Part shown: positions 1 to 15,658 of the stretch, in pieces
Layout: every line of letters starts with the position of its first letter
How positions within the stretch are numbered: position 1 is the first letter of the stretch
DNA from: Dictyostelium discoideum
Taxonomy: Eukaryota
Assembly: GCA_000004695.1 (NCBI GenBank)
Contig: CM000151.3
Coordinates: 5,536,001 to 5,600,000 of the forward strand
Length of the DNA stretch: 64,000 nucleotides
Direction: 5' to 3'
Notes under the pieces: generated by a model
What the model was told of the DNA's origin: nothing
The model's input: the letters and a program-made list of their open reading frames with translations, nothing else
Databases searched by the model: none
Made by a program: the position numbers and the translations under genes

Positions 1-188
1 GATACTTTATTAATTTTATTATTAATAAACTCCATTTTTATTTCTTTTTATTATTTTTTTTTTTATTATTTTTTTTTAATGTGAATATATTAATGTTTGA
101 TGGTGAGGTGAGATTTAATTGATTTTTTTTTTTTTTTTGGTTTTTTTTTTTTTTAATTTCATTTAATTTTATTTTATTTTTATTATTT

Positions 189-220
<32 letters not shown>

Positions 221-602
221 TTTTTTTTGTAGTTTCCTTTTTTTTTTTTTTTTTTTTTATTTATTTTCCTTTTTTTATTTCTTTATTCCTTAGTATTTTT
301 CTATTAAACTATGGTAGTGGCATAGTATATTTATATCTATAATTTCTCATAAAACAATTATTAATAAAAAAAAATAAAAAAATAAAAACTTAATTGTCAA
401 CCTATTTACTTTTCTTTATTGATTTTAAAGTGGTTACCCCCATTTTTAAAAAATTTTTTTTTTTATTTTTTTATTTATTTTTTTATTTATTTTTTTTTTA
501 ATTATCATAAAAAATGTTTAAAATAATTATTTATATTTTCATCATTGGGCGCCATCATATTATTATTTATTAAAAAAAAAAAAAAAAATAAATGCTTTGA
601 AA

Positions 603-786
603 ATGAATAATAATAATAATAATAAAAAATTAAATAAAGAAAATTTAAATGAAATTGAAAATTGGAATGAAATAGAGTTAACAGATTATAAGAAACAAGG
701 TTTAGATGAAGGTACATCAAGTAATATTTATTTATTTGAAAGTAATGGTAATGTTGTTAATGGTAGTATTGAAGATTCACCAAAGC

Positions 787-857
<71 letters not shown>

Positions 858-2492
858 AATATAATATCATCAGATGAGGAAATTGAAGATAAACCATTTC
901 AAGATAGAGATAGTAATATTGGTGATGGTAGTGATATCGATAGTAGTGGTGATTCAATCGATATAGAGAATACTGATTATTCAATATTGGTACCATTCGA
1001 AGATGAAGAAAACAACAATGGAAGTAAAAGTAAATTTTCAATTAAAAAATTAAAATCATTTTTAGGACCTGCATTATTTATATCGGTGGGATATATGGAT
1101 CCAGGTAATTGGGCAACAGATTTAGAAGGTGGGTCAAGATTTGGGTATCAATTAATGTGGGTATTATTATTTTCAAATATTATGGCACTATTTTTACAAA
1201 CTTTGGTGATAAAATTAGCATTGGTGACAAAGAATGATTTAGCTCAACAATGTAGAAAAGAGTATAGTAAAACCGTGAATATATTCCTATGGTTAATATT
1301 AGAGTTGGCAATAATTTCAACAGATTTAGCAGAGGTTATTGGTACAGCAATTGGTTTGAATATTCTATTTGGCTTACCGTTGATTGCAGGCGTTGCTATC
1401 ACTTCATTGGATACTCTACTGTTTTTAGCCATTCAAAGATGGGGTATTAGGAAATTGGAATTGTTAATTCTATTACTTTTATCAATGATAACAATGTGTT
1501 TTGTGATAGAACTTTTCCTTAGCAAACCAATTGCGTCCGAGGTTTTCTCTGGTTTCGTGCCAAGGTTAAATAGTGATAGTGTTATGGTTGCAACTGGCAT
1601 CGTTGGTGCTACCACTATGCCCCATAATTTGTTTTTACATGGTAGTGTGGTGAAATCAAGAAAGATTCCAAACGATCGTAGAAAATCAGTGATCAAACAA
1701 GCTTACCGTTATAACGTTATCGATACGGTTTTGGCTTTGAATTGTGCATTCTTTGTTAATATCGCAATATTAATGTTGGCTGCCTCTGTCTTTTGGAAAT
1801 CAAATATCCAAGTAACCGAATTGTCAGAGGCCTATAGATTATTAACTAAATTAATGGATGGGAAATTAGCCGCAGTTTTATTTGGGTTGGGTTTGTTCTT
1901 GGCTGGTCAATCCTCAACTATCACCGGTACAATGGCGGGCCAAATAGTTATGGAAGGTTTCATAAAATTAAGAATTAAACCTTGGTTAAGAAGATTCATA
2001 ACTCGACTTTTGGCTATAATCCCCGCCGCTATTGTTATCATTGTTTTAGGTGACAAAGGTACCTATACCCTATTAATTATCTCACAAGTGCTTTTATCAA
2101 TTGGTTTACCTTTTGCTGTGGTCCCCTTAATCATTTTCACAAGTTCTTACGAAATAATGGGTGAATTTAAAAATAGGTTGTCAATTATTATTATCAATTC
2201 AATAATTGCTCTATTCATTATTGGTTTAAATTTAGCAACTATTTTTCAATTAATTAATGATTTCCTTCATAATGATTCAATAATTTCAAAATGTTTAACA
2301 ATTATCTTTTTAATCCCTTTATCAATTGCTTTATGTTGTTTATTATTATGGTTAATAATTTCTAAAATTAATTTCTTTACAAATTTATTATCAAAAATTT
2401 TTAATAATAATAATAATAATAATAATAAAAATATTATAAATAATAATAATAATTATTCTGGTAATACAATTAATAATCAAACTATACAATAA
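603..2492 (+). CDS. NRAMP-family divalent metal (Fe/Mn) transporter; single exon with an N-terminal poly-Q/acidic extension
   Basis: The translation contains the NRAMP consensus GPALFISVGYMDPGNWATDLEGGSRFGYQLMWVLL and the MPHNLFLHGS motif, with ~11-12 predicted TM helices. The real ATG is at 603; the track start at 597 is TTG. A (CAA)n array at 781-846 encodes the poly-Q. This may be the bacterial-MntH-like Dictyostelium paralogue (nramp2/nrampB) but I cannot confirm that. Confidence 0.85.
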
Positions 2493-2591
2493 ATTAAAAA
2501 AATAAAAAATAAAAAATTTAATATGTGTGAAATAATAATTTATTATTTAATTTAACAAAGATGTAATGTTGTCTTTTTTTGAATTTTACAT

Positions 2592-2990
2592 TTAATTACA
2601 ACCACATGAGCCACCACTTGGTAACATTGAGGATGGATTCATAGCAACTGATGCATCAACCATAACAGTAACTGGAATATGAGAGACCTTACCTGCTCCA
2701 GTGTTTGCAACATTTCCAATTAAGGATCCCATTGGGTTTGAACTACCACCACATTCACCACATGCAATTTTATTGCTACCAAATGAAATTGCTGAATTTC
2801 TGCCTGATCCAATTGATGATGATGAGGATGATTTAATGTTACCAATTTTAGAGATTGAAGCTTTAATATTATTTTTTAAAATTTGGAAAATAATAAAAAA
2901 AAAAAAAAAAAAAAAAAAAATTAGGAATTTATTGATTAATCTTTTTTTAATAAATAAGGTATTTTAAAATACTTTACCAATTATTGTCAT
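2592..2990 (-). CDS. hssA/2C/7E-family small Gly/Ser-rich protein; complement(join(2592..2860,2978..2990)), 89 aa
   Basis: The 13-nt first exon ATGACAATAATTG is followed by a GTAAAGT donor and an AT-rich intron ending ...aaag. Exon 2 reads ASISKIGNIKSSSSSSIGSG...ACGECGG...GGSCGCN*. Phase and length are consistent (13+269 nt). The protein is near-identical in architecture to the + strand copy at 8915. Confidence 0.75.
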
Positions 2991-3447
2991 TTTTTAAAGT
3001 TTTAAAGATTATTTTTTAATTTTTGATTTGAAATATAAATAAAAACAAAAAAAAAAAATATTTATACCTTTAAAAAAAAAAAAATAAAAATAAAAAAAAA
3101 AATAAAAAAAAAAAAAAAAATAAAAAAAAAAAAAAAAATAAAGTAAAAATAAATTTGTAATCAGATTTAAAAAAAAATAGTAAATAAATCTAAAAGTGGT
3201 AAAAATTAATTACCCCATTAATTAATTTAATTTTATTTTTAAAATAAAATTAAAATAATCTAAAATAAAATAATAACAAATAATGATAAAGGAGAATTGG
3301 AAAAGATTATTGATTTTTTTTTTTTTAAATTAAAAAAATAAAATTTATATTTCAAATTTTTAAACTCATGGTTATATTTAAAATAATACATGATTATAAT
3401 ATTTTTAAAAATATAATTTTATTAATTTTATTTTAATTTTATTATGT

Positions 3448-3792
3448 TTATTCGCAACCACATACACTATGTATATAAATTGTTTCACCTGTTGCAGAAA
3501 CAGCTGGGTGATAAACAACCTGTTTATTATTATTTCCACCCAAACTTCCCAATAAACCGCCCAATAAATTATTAGCACCAAATAAACCAGATCCAGAGTT
3601 TGATTCACATTTTTTTTTTTTTGATGAATATAAAGATATAAAATTATTATTTGATATTGACCCACCACCAATTGAAAATTTCTTTGGGTTACTAATTTTA
3701 ATTATTGATCCTAATTATTTTAAAATAATTAAATTAGTATTATTTTTTTATTTAATTTTTTAGATTTATAAATAATTACCTATTATTGTCAT
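3448..3792 (-). CDS. hssA/2C/7E-family small protein; complement(join(3448..3710,3780..3792)), ~91 aa, divergent copy ending ...VCGCE
   Basis: Exon 1 is ATGACAATAATAG with a GTAATT donor. Exon 2 after a ...taattag acceptor reads GSIIKISNPKKFSIGGGSISNNNF...SGSGLFGANNLLGGLLGSLGGNNNKQVVYHPAVSATGETIYIHSVCGCE*. Confidence 0.6.
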
Positions 3793-3854
3793 TTTTAATT
3801 ATGGGTTTTATTTTTATTTTTTTTTTCTATTTTAAAAACAATTAATAATAATTA

Positions 3855-3901
<47 letters not shown>

Positions 3902-4594
3902 AATAAATAAATAAACTCTTCTAGTAATGGTTAATTTAAATTTTTAATAGTAAAATTAACCATTTTAAAATATTCTTTTATTTTTATGAAAAGATTTTCA
4001 AAAAAAAAAAAAAATTTTATTTTTTAAACATTGAAATAAAAACAGGTTAACAAATTTTACATATTTCAATTATTTAATTAATTATTTTTACAATTCCACA
4101 TTAGGAAATAAAATTTTACTCTAATTTTTTATTTTAAAAGTTAAGTTCTTTTTTTAAACACTCTACAATTTTGTAAAAAATAAAATTTTTTTATTTTAAC
4201 ACTATTCCCCCAATATCGTGGTTTAAATTAAATATTAATAAAATCTAAATTAATTGAGCAATAATTATCATTTTTAAAAAAATAAAAAAAAAATAATTTT
4301 AATAATATTAAAAAATTCTTTTCATATTACTATAATTAAATAAAAAAAATAAAAAGTCCACAATCAAAATTTGAAAACATCAATTAAACAATATTTTTTT
4401 TAAGTTTTTTTAAATAAGATTTAATAGATGTGGGTTCAAAATGGAAATTCATAATTTTACTAAACAAAATGTCAAAAAACAGTTTTAAATAATAGATATT
4501 TTTAAAAAATTAATGTTTATGAAATAGTAATGTTATAATTTTATCTAGTGTTAATGTTTTTTTTTTTTTTTTTTGAATAAAAAAAATAAAAATC

Positions 4595-4733
4595 TAATTG
4601 CAACCACATGCACATGGTCCCATCATTGAACCTGTTTGTGGTCCCATTCCACCACCAACATTGACACCACCATTTGGAGAACCACCCAAGCCACCTAATA
4701 AACTTCCAAGTAAACCTTTATTTCCTCCTAACA
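4595..4733 (-). pseudogene. truncated hssA-family gene fragment (C-terminal ~46 codons only)
   Basis: It reads LGGNKGLLGSLLGGLGGSPNGGVNVGGGMGPQTGSMMGPCACGCN*, almost identical to the C-terminal half of the intact copy at 5223-5500. No MTII first exon and no N-terminal Ser-rich part lie within 300 bp upstream. Confidence 0.45.
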
Positions 4734-5184
4734 CACAAATTTGGAAATAATAAATTATAATTTAAAATGTTGATGAAAAATTTAATATTGTTTTGATTTT
4801 GCTGAATCAAATGAATTATTTTTCATTCTCAACATAATTATTTTGATAGGTTGGAATAATATGTGTCCATTTTAAATAAATCTCAATATTTTTCTATTAG
4901 ATATTGTTCTTTTTTCATTCAATAGTAAATATCAAACCTTTAAATTAATTACATTTAAGTAAACTTAAATTTTTATAAACCACTTTAATATGATTGAATT
5001 ATACAACTTAATAGAAATTTGAAAATAAAATTTAGATGTATTATAAGTTTGTATTTATTGAAAATGAAAATTCATTTTTTAATCATTTTAAATTTTTTAT
5101 TTAAGATTTAAACATATGATTTCTTTTTTAAAATAATGTTAATGGAAAAGTAATTTTATAATTTTATTTTAATATTAATGTTAA

Positions 5185-5217
<33 letters not shown>

Positions 5218-5222
5218 AAAAT

Positions 5223-5593
5223 TTAATTACAACCACAATAATTTGGTTGACCTCCTCCCATCATTGAACCTGTTTGTGGTCCCATTCCACCGCCAATATT
5301 GACACCAACTTTTGAATTTGGAGAACCACCTAAACCGCCTAGTAAACCAAGTAAACCTTTATTTCCTCCTAATAAACCAGAACCAGAGCCTGAACTACCT
5401 CCGCATGAAACACTATTTGAACCAAATTTAAATGCAGCACTAACAGTTGAAACAGAGCCAGTAGTTGATTGTTTTGGATTTGATAAAGTAATGATTGATG
5501 CTATTTAAAAAAATTAATTAGAAGTTGAAATTAAAAAAAAAAACCAAAACAAAAAAAGATTAAAAAAAAAAAAAATTTACCAATGATTGTCAT
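5223..5593 (-). CDS. hssA/2C/7E-family small Gly/Ser-rich protein; complement(join(5223..5500,5581..5593)), 96 aa
   Basis: Exon 1 is ATGACAATCATTG with a GTAAAT donor. Exon 2 after ...ttaaatag reads ASIITLSNPKQSTTGSVSTVSAAFKFGSNSVSCGGSSGSGSGLLGGNKGLLGLLGGLGGSPNSKVGVNIGGGMGPQTGSMMGGGQPNYCGCN*. Phase and length check out (13+278 nt). Confidence 0.75.
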
Positions 5594-5686
5594 TTTAAAT
5601 TGGTATTTTTAATATATTTTTTGAAGTATTAAATTAAGTTTTTGATTTATAAAATAAAATTTTTTTTTTGTTCTTTTATACCTTTA

Positions 5687-5725
<39 letters not shown>

Positions 5726-5987
5726 ATAATAAGGATTTGGATTTGGTGGAATAAATAAAAAAATAAAATAATAAGGCCACCTTTGGTAAGTAAACACTAG
5801 CAATTTTAAAATTATTTTATAAACCATGAAATTTTTGTATTTTTAACTTTAAAAAACATTATTTCTTACCCCCTTTATTAATAATTGTTACTTTTTTTTA
5901 AAAAGATACACAAACACACAAACTTGTAAAAATTAATTTTACTATTTTTTTTTTCTTTAAAAATATAGGTGATAAATTAAAATATTA

Positions 5988-8369
5988 TTATTTTATTAAT
6001 TGTTTTAATAATTTGAATTCAGTTGGTGATGGTTTAATATTATAATTATTTTTTAATAAAAGTAATCTTGAGAAAATGAAATCGATGGAATCTTTATCTA
6101 ACTTTGTAATTAAACTTTCATTTTTTAAATAATTTAAAACCTGAAGTAAATTATCTAACATATTTGTATAATTAATTTTAATATTATTATTATTATTATC
6201 ATTATTTTGTTGTTGTTGTTGTTGTTGTTGTTGTTGAATAAATTTCATATGTTGATCTTGTTTGAATTTATTATCTAATAAATAACCATATAATATTAAA
6301 TCTAAAGTTACTTTATCAAATAAATCATCACCTGAACCTGAACCAATTATATTATTATTATCTTTAATAAAAGATATTAAAGCACTTGAAGGATAATTAA
6401 AATAAGCCATTGTATAAAGTAATACTGATTGATTCATAATTTTACTTTGAATACCATTTGTGGAAGTTGGAATCATTTTATAATATTTAATTGCTTTATC
6501 AATTTCATTTAATCTTGAAAGACCAAATATTAATTGATTTAATATAAAAGTATTTAATTTAAATGACCATTGATTTTTCAAACGATTTAATACTGAAAAT
6601 GAATAATCAATATCTTTTTTAACTATTAATTGGTGATAATTAATTGCTAAAAATGTTTGACTATTACCCATAAATTCAGTTTTTAATTTCTTTTGATTCT
6701 TTTTTGTTTTTCCTGTTGTCGTCTTTGTTGAATCTAATGTTGGTGGAATTATGAAATCACCAGAATTTAAAAATATTTCATCAACCATTCTACCTTGATA
6801 AGCTTGTAATTTTAATTTTGAATTAAACATTTCTAAATCTAATAAAACACCTTCTTCCTCCATAAATGCTTCTAAATTTTCAGCAAATTCAACATAACCA
6901 TTCTTATAGCAATGAATTAAAATCGATTTAAACATTTCAATATTTCTAACTGGTGTATCTTTTAATTGATCATCTTTTGCTAATTTACCATATAATTGTT
7001 TTTCATTTTTTTCTTCATCATCATCTTTTTGATTATTTGTTTCTTTTTCATTATCTTTTTCATTTTCTTTGTAAAATAATTCTCTTTTCTTTTTAATTTT
7101 ATCAAATTCATATGATTTTACTTCTTTTTCATCAAATGAATTAGATTTAAAGGTTGTAAGGAATTCTGAAGTGACAGAAGATACGGTTGCACCTGGTTGA
7201 CGATTATAATATTCGAAAAAGTGAATGAAAACATCTGGATGAAAATTTTGAAAGAATGATTGCATATTTGAAGAGATCATTTCAGCTGAATTAATTTGAT
7301 CCAATTCTAAGAAAACTTTAATCATTTCGCTAAAATCCAAAGGATCAAGTTTTCTATTAAATGCCTTATTCTCTAGTTGTTGAAAGAATTTCCAAAGTTT
7401 TGATTTCCTTTTCATATATTGAAAAGTATATTTATAAACTAAATTCCCTTCTTTAAAATGATGATTTTGGTAAAGCGGTCTTGCCATCTCAATGATTTTA
7501 TAATAGTCTTCTCCCTCAACTGATTTTTCAATTAATTCCATATTCGACTCACTTAAAACTAATCCATTTAAATTATTATAAATCATTGGATAATTTGATT
7601 TAAATAAATTATTTTTTAAGTGAATTTGGAATGAATGTAAATGTAAATCAATTCTATCTTGGAATGATAATGGATCTTTTTGATCTCTAAATTTTTTAAT
7701 CACTAATTCTTCACTATTTTCAAGTGATCTTTCAAATGGTTCAGATTTATTTCTACCAACCATTGATAAAGTCTCTGACTTTTGTTTATTTAATAATCTA
7801 TTTTTAGTTATATTTTCTTGATGTGATTTTAAACGATTATAAAGATTCAAACGTTTTCGTTTCTCCATATCAGTTTTTATCTTTTCCAAGTATTCACTTT
7901 TCATTAATTTAATATTTTCTTTTCTTTTTTCTAATTTCTCTTTTTCTTTTTGTTTATCTGAAATCTCTTTTTGTTTATTTGAAATTTCTTTTTCTTTTTC
8001 TAAAAATGAATCTCCTCTTAAATTATTTTTACCAAATCCAATTAAAATATTATTATAACTATTATTATTATTTATATTATTATTATTATTTTCATTTTCT
8101 TGTTGTTGTTGTTTTTTTAATAATAAATTATCTTTTTTTTCTTGTTTTTTTATTTCAATTTCTTCTTCTTTAATTAATAAATTTTCAATCTTTTTTTCAA
8201 TTTCTTCTTCTTTTTGTTTTAAATCTAAAGATATTTTTTTTTTTAATTTCAACATTGTAGTTGGAAATTTTCTTTGTGCATTATTTTTTTTTGTAAATGA
8301 CCTTATTAATAAAGGATTTATATTATTTGGATAATTTAAAATAAAAGATCTTTTAATTAAATTATTCAT
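5988..8369 (-). CDS. hypothetical 793-aa protein with a basic N-terminus, a K/E-rich coiled region and C-terminal helical repeats (possibly PPR-like, mitochondrial)
   Basis: Uninterrupted ORF from a genuine ATG (cat at 8367-8369). C-terminal segments such as TFILNQLIFGLSRLNEIDKAIKYYKMIP have a PPR/TPR-like periodicity. There is an internal poly-Q/poly-N. No specific family was recognised. Confidence 0.55.
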   Translation of the reverse strand: MNNLIKRSFILNYPNNINPLLIRSFTKKNNAQRKFPTTMLKLKKKISLDLKQKEEEIEKKIENLLIKEEEIEIKKQEKKDNLLLKKQQQQENENNNNNINNNNSYNNILIGFGKNNLRGDSFLEKEKEISNKQKEISDKQKEKEKLEKRKENIKLMKSEYLEKIKTDMEKRKRLNLYNRLKSHQENITKNRLLNKQKSETLSMVGRNKSEPFERSLENSEELVIKKFRDQKDPLSFQDRIDLHLHSFQIHLKNNLFKSNYPMIYNNLNGLVLSESNMELIEKSVEGEDYYKIIEMARPLYQNHHFKEGNLVYKYTFQYMKRKSKLWKFFQQLENKAFNRKLDPLDFSEMIKVFLELDQINSAEMISSNMQSFFQNFHPDVFIHFFEYYNRQPGATVSSVTSEFLTTFKSNSFDEKEVKSYEFDKIKKKRELFYKENEKDNEKETNNQKDDDEEKNEKQLYGKLAKDDQLKDTPVRNIEMFKSILIHCYKNGYVEFAENLEAFMEEEGVLLDLEMFNSKLKLQAYQGRMVDEIFLNSGDFIIPPTLDSTKTTTGKTKKNQKKLKTEFMGNSQTFLAINYHQLIVKKDIDYSFSVLNRLKNQWSFKLNTFILNQLIFGLSRLNEIDKAIKYYKMIPTSTNGIQSKIMNQSVLLYTMAYFNYPSSALISFIKDNNNIIGSGSGDDLFDKVTLDLILYGYLLDNKFKQDQHMKFIQQQQQQQQQQNNDNNNNNIKINYTNMLDNLLQVLNYLKNESLITKLDKDSIDFIFSRLLLLKNNYNIKPSPTEFKLLKQLIK

Positions 8370-8914
8370 TTATTTTTTTTTTTTTATTTTTTTTTCGTAA
8401 AATGAAATCATAAATTAAAAAAAAAAAAAAAAAAAAAAACCATTTTTTTTAAATTTTTTTTTTTTAACCATTGATTATGGGATCTAGTGCTAAAATTAAA
8501 AATATTGGGGTCCTTTTGCGATTTATTATAAAAAAATTAAAATTATTATAATTATTATAGATTTTAAGTTTTGGGGAGGAATTATATTTTTTTAAAATCT
8601 AAAATAAAATCTATTATATCATTGTTTATTTATATTAATTAAAAAATAAAAAAAAAATTAATAAAAAAAAAAATAAAAAAAATGGGTGTGGTAAATACCA
8701 ATTTAATTATTAATCAAATTAAAAAACTTTAATTAAATGAAAAATATTCAAAACTTTAATAACTATTTACTATTTGACTTATTGTCATAATAATTAAATA
8801 AACAATTTAATTTTAATTAATAAATTTTAGTATAAATTTAAAAAATAAAAAATTTTAAAAGTATCAATTAATTAAAAAAGTAAAATTAAAAGTATAACAT
8901 TCATCAATTAAAAA

Positions 8915-9293
8915 ATGACAATCATTGGTATTGTATCTAAAAAGTTTATTTAAAAAAAAAAAACAAAAAAATAGTTTTAAAGATATTAATTTTTTAATTT
9001 TTAATTTTTTGAAAAAAAAAAAAGCTTCAATCTCTAAAATCGGTAACATTAAATCATCATCATCTTCATCAATTGGATCAGGTAAAAGTTCAGCAGTTTC
9101 CTTTGGTAATAGTAGAATTGCCTGTGGAGAATGTGGTGGTAGTGCAACTGGATTATTAGGAAATATTGCAAATTCTGGAACAGGGATGGTTTCTCAAATT
9201 CCAGTAACTGTTATGTTAGATGTAAATGCAAATGCTAATCTTAATCCATCAATGTCTGCTGTACCAGCAGGAAACTCATGTGGTTGTAATTAA
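8915..9293 (+). CDS. hssA/2C/7E-family small Gly/Ser-rich protein; join(8915..8927,9025..9293), 93 aa
   Basis: Exon 1 is ATGACAATCATTG|gtattg. An intron of 97 nt ends at aaaaag. Exon 2 reads ASISKIGNIKSSSSSSIGSGKSSAVSFGNSRIACGECGGSATGLLGNIANSGTGMVSQIPVTVMLDVNANANLNPSMSAVPAGNSCGCN*. Confidence 0.8.
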
Positions 9294-9386
9294 AATTGTT
9301 AACTATCATTACAACTTAATATTATTACTACCATTTATTATTAAAATTAGTAATAAATCAAATTTTCCTTTATTTTTTATTTTTTT

Positions 9387-9447
9387 TATTTATTTATTTC
9401 CATATCTATTGTTTTTTTATTTATTCCCATATCTATTGTTTTTTTTT
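9387..9447. repeat. two-copy ~30-bp tandem repeat (tttatttatt[t/c]ccatatctattgttttttt) immediately 3' of the hssA-family gene
   Basis: The direct repeat is visible in the sequence. Confidence 0.6.
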
Positions 9448-9998
9448 CCAATTGTTATTTTTAATTATTTTCCATTTTTATATAAATTCTAAGAATCTTG
9501 AAAAAATTATTAAATTTACTTTAGAATATCCAAATAAAAAATTAAAAATTGTAATTTTTTTAAAAATATTTGCCCAACACACCACGATATTACTATCACT
9601 AGAAAATGAAAAAAAATAAAACAAAACTATTTACCCCCATTTCCCTAATTTAATCTATTTTTTTTATTTTTTTTATTTTTCCAAATTTTATTTCCGACCC
9701 CACTTTTTATTTTTAATTTCATTTTACCACCACCAAATACTATTTACCTTTTTTATAAAAGGTGATGAAAAGTATTAGAATTTTAGAAATTACACAAAAA
9801 CTTTGAAAAACATTATAATATAACATTTTATAAATTTTAATATGAATCAAAATTTTTATTTGTTTTTTTTTTTTTTTTTTTTTTAATATAAAAGAAAATA
9901 ATTTTTCATTTTTAATTTCATCCAATCAACAATAAATTAAGTACTACTATAAAATTTTATAAAATTATCTTTGTAACTCAATAAAAAAAATAAAAAAA

Positions 9999-10068
9999 AT
10001 GACAATCCTTGGTAAATATTTTTTAAAAAAAAAAAATTTATATATACTAGTTTGTTTGGTTTATTAAT

Positions 10069-10105
<37 letters not shown>

Positions 10106-10387
10106 GCATCAATTTGTAAATTAGGTAACACCAAATCAACTTCATCCTCAATTGGATCAAGTTATAGTAGTGCTGTTTCATTTGGTTCTAACTCAGTATC
10201 ATGTGGAGAATGTGGTGGTGATGGACCATCATTTCCAAATGCATCACCAAGAACTGGTGTAAAAGCTGGTGTTAATGTTGATGGATTATTAGGTGCAATT
10301 GGAAAAACAGTTAATGGTATGTTAATTTCCCCAAATGGTGGTGGTGGTGGTATGGGTATGGGTGGTGGTAGTTGTGGTTGTAATTAA
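9999..10387 (+). CDS. hssA/2C/7E-family small Gly/Ser-rich protein; join(9999..10011,10107..10387), 97 aa
   Basis: Exon 1 is ATGACAATCCTTG|gtaaat. The intron ends aaaaag. Exon 2 reads ASICKLGNTKSTSSSIGSSYSSAVSFGSNSVSCGECGGDGPSF...GGGGGMGMGGGSCGCN*. Confidence 0.8.
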
Positions 10388-10513
10388 AAAAAAAAAAAAA
10401 ATTATAAAAATAAACTAAATTTCAATTTTTTATTTTTAATTTTAATTTTTAAAAATAAAACACTAATATTTTATTATTGGTATACCAATTTTATAATTTA
10501 ATTTATTTTATTT

Positions 10514-13657
<3,144 letters not shown>

Positions 13658-13908
13658 TAATCGAAACCTTTTTTTAAAAAAAAAATAAAAAATATTAATA
13701 TTAATTAAAACACCAAAAAAAAAAAAAAAAAAAAAAAAGAAAATTAATAAATTTGGCAATTTCTTATTTTTTTTAATAGTTTTTGCAATATTTTAAGAAA
13801 AATTGATTAATTCACACAAAAAAAAAGAATAAGAAAATTGCCTAATTTTATTAATTTCTAATAAAACAAATCAATTTATTAAATATTAAATATTAAATAT
13901 ATATATAT

Positions 13909-14298
13909 TTACTCTGTAATATTAATTCCATAAAATTCATCTTTTAATTTTTTATTACAAATTTGATAAACTTCATTTTGTGATATATTATTTTTTGATT
14001 TTAAAAATTTATAACTTTTAATTGAATCAGAATTTAGAGTATCTTGAGTTCTTTTTTCAGAAATTGCAGAATTTCTAATAATAATTTTTTGTGAAGCTTC
14101 TTTATTATTATTATTTGAACTATTATTTTGTAAATTTGGTAATGATTTTGAAAAAGAATAATTAGATTGTTGTTCTATTGAAGATAAAAATCTTTTTATA
14201 ATTGTTCTTTCATATTCTGTTACTTTGAATTTAGTTGAATTGAATGTATTATTATATGAAACTAAACCCTTTGGCCAAGCCCTAATTATACTATTCAT
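13909..14298 (-). CDS. small hypothetical protein (129 aa)
   Basis: ORF from a genuine ATG (cat 14296-14298), mostly not low-complexity, sitting between two same-strand genes. Confidence 0.35.
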   Translation of the reverse strand: MNSIIRAWPKGLVSYNNTFNSTKFKVTEYERTIIKRFLSSIEQQSNYSFSKSLPNLQNNSSNNNNKEASQKIIIRNSAISEKRTQDTLNSDSIKSYKFLKSKNNISQNEVYQICNKKLKDEFYGINITE

Positions 14299-14572
14299 TG
14301 CTTATTTTTGTTGTTTTTAATTTACATTAAAAAAAAAAATTAAAAAAATTAAAAAAATAAATTGAAAAAAAAAAAAAAAAAAAAAAAAAAAACCGAAAAA
14401 TAAAAAAATAACCTGAAAAAAATGAAAAAAAGAAAATATCATATTTGATCACAAAATTACTTATTTTTTAAAAATAAAATTTTAAATTAAAAAAATAATA
14501 CCAAAAAAAAACTTTAATTAAATTCTATTTTTATTATTTTTTATTTTTATTTTTATTTTTAGAATAATTTAT

Positions 14573-15621
14573 TTAACCAAATCTAAGTAAAACTTGTTTT
14601 TGTTTACCACCTTTTTTAATGTATTGATCATCTTGAGTTTCTTTTGGTGGTGGGGTAGTCTTCTTTTTTGGAATAAAATTCTCTTGTCCTGGAAGTGAAG
14701 GGAAATCTTCAGTATCATTTGTTGGAGCTTTATTAACTCTTAATGATGGTGGTACTGTTGAAGATGGAGAAGAGGAGGAGGAAGAAGAAGAAATATTAAC
14801 TTTTGATAAAGTTGAAGCTAAACTTTGTTTATTTGAATTACTTTCAACTTGGACCTTTGAAAAGTTATTTGAACTTGTATAACTATCACCACTAAATCTT
14901 GAGGATAATGATGGGTATGAATCAACATCATCATCATCATCATCATCAGAATCACCAGTTCTTGGTACATATCTTGTTGATGTTAATCTATAAGCCATTG
15001 ATGTTGCAGAGTTATCATTATGATGTTTAATTTTTGATGCTGCATTATTATTTTTATTACTGCTACTGCCATTACTGCTGCTACTACTACTACTACTGCT
15101 ATTACTAAAATTATTTAAATAACCTGGATAACTAATAATACCATCAGATGGTCTATTCTTTACTAAAGTTAAATTTGCAGATGAACCAGTTGACCAAATA
15201 TTTGAAGGATTTGCATTACTTTTAGTTTTTTTATTTGAACCAATTGCACCATTAAGTGATGGATATTGTTCTTCTACTACTTTCATATATGAATGAATTT
15301 GTGATAAAGCTTCTCTCTTTGCTTGATTTGGTAATAAGGCAATTAATTCATCGAAAATATCATTTGCTTTAGTACCAAATAAACCTAAAAACTTTGTATA
15401 ATAAGCATTTGGTTCCAATTTACCATTTTTAAAATCTACAGATAATGATTTAAAAGTTTGATATTTCTTGTCATTATTTAAAATCTCTTGAATCTTTGAA
15501 ACTAATTTTTTATTTCTTTCATCAACTTCAGCTTGTGTAATCTCTTTTTCTTTTTCTTTATGAAAATCTGGATTAAATGTTGATGGTGCTGGTGCATTTA
15601 ATAAATTTCTTGTATTTAATC

Positions 15622-15658
<37 letters not shown>

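Noticed and set aside
505-1041. Minus-strand ORFs 505-720 and 757-1041 from the ORF track
   Set aside because: Low-complexity translations (poly-Y, poly-V) produced by reading A/T tracts and the reverse complement of the (CAA)n array that encodes poly-Q in the NRAMP gene.
4595-4733. Treating the truncated hssA-like segment as a complete gene
   Set aside because: There is no MTII-type first exon or Ser-rich N-terminal part within 300 bp upstream. The open frame begins right at a tgtgtgttag junction.
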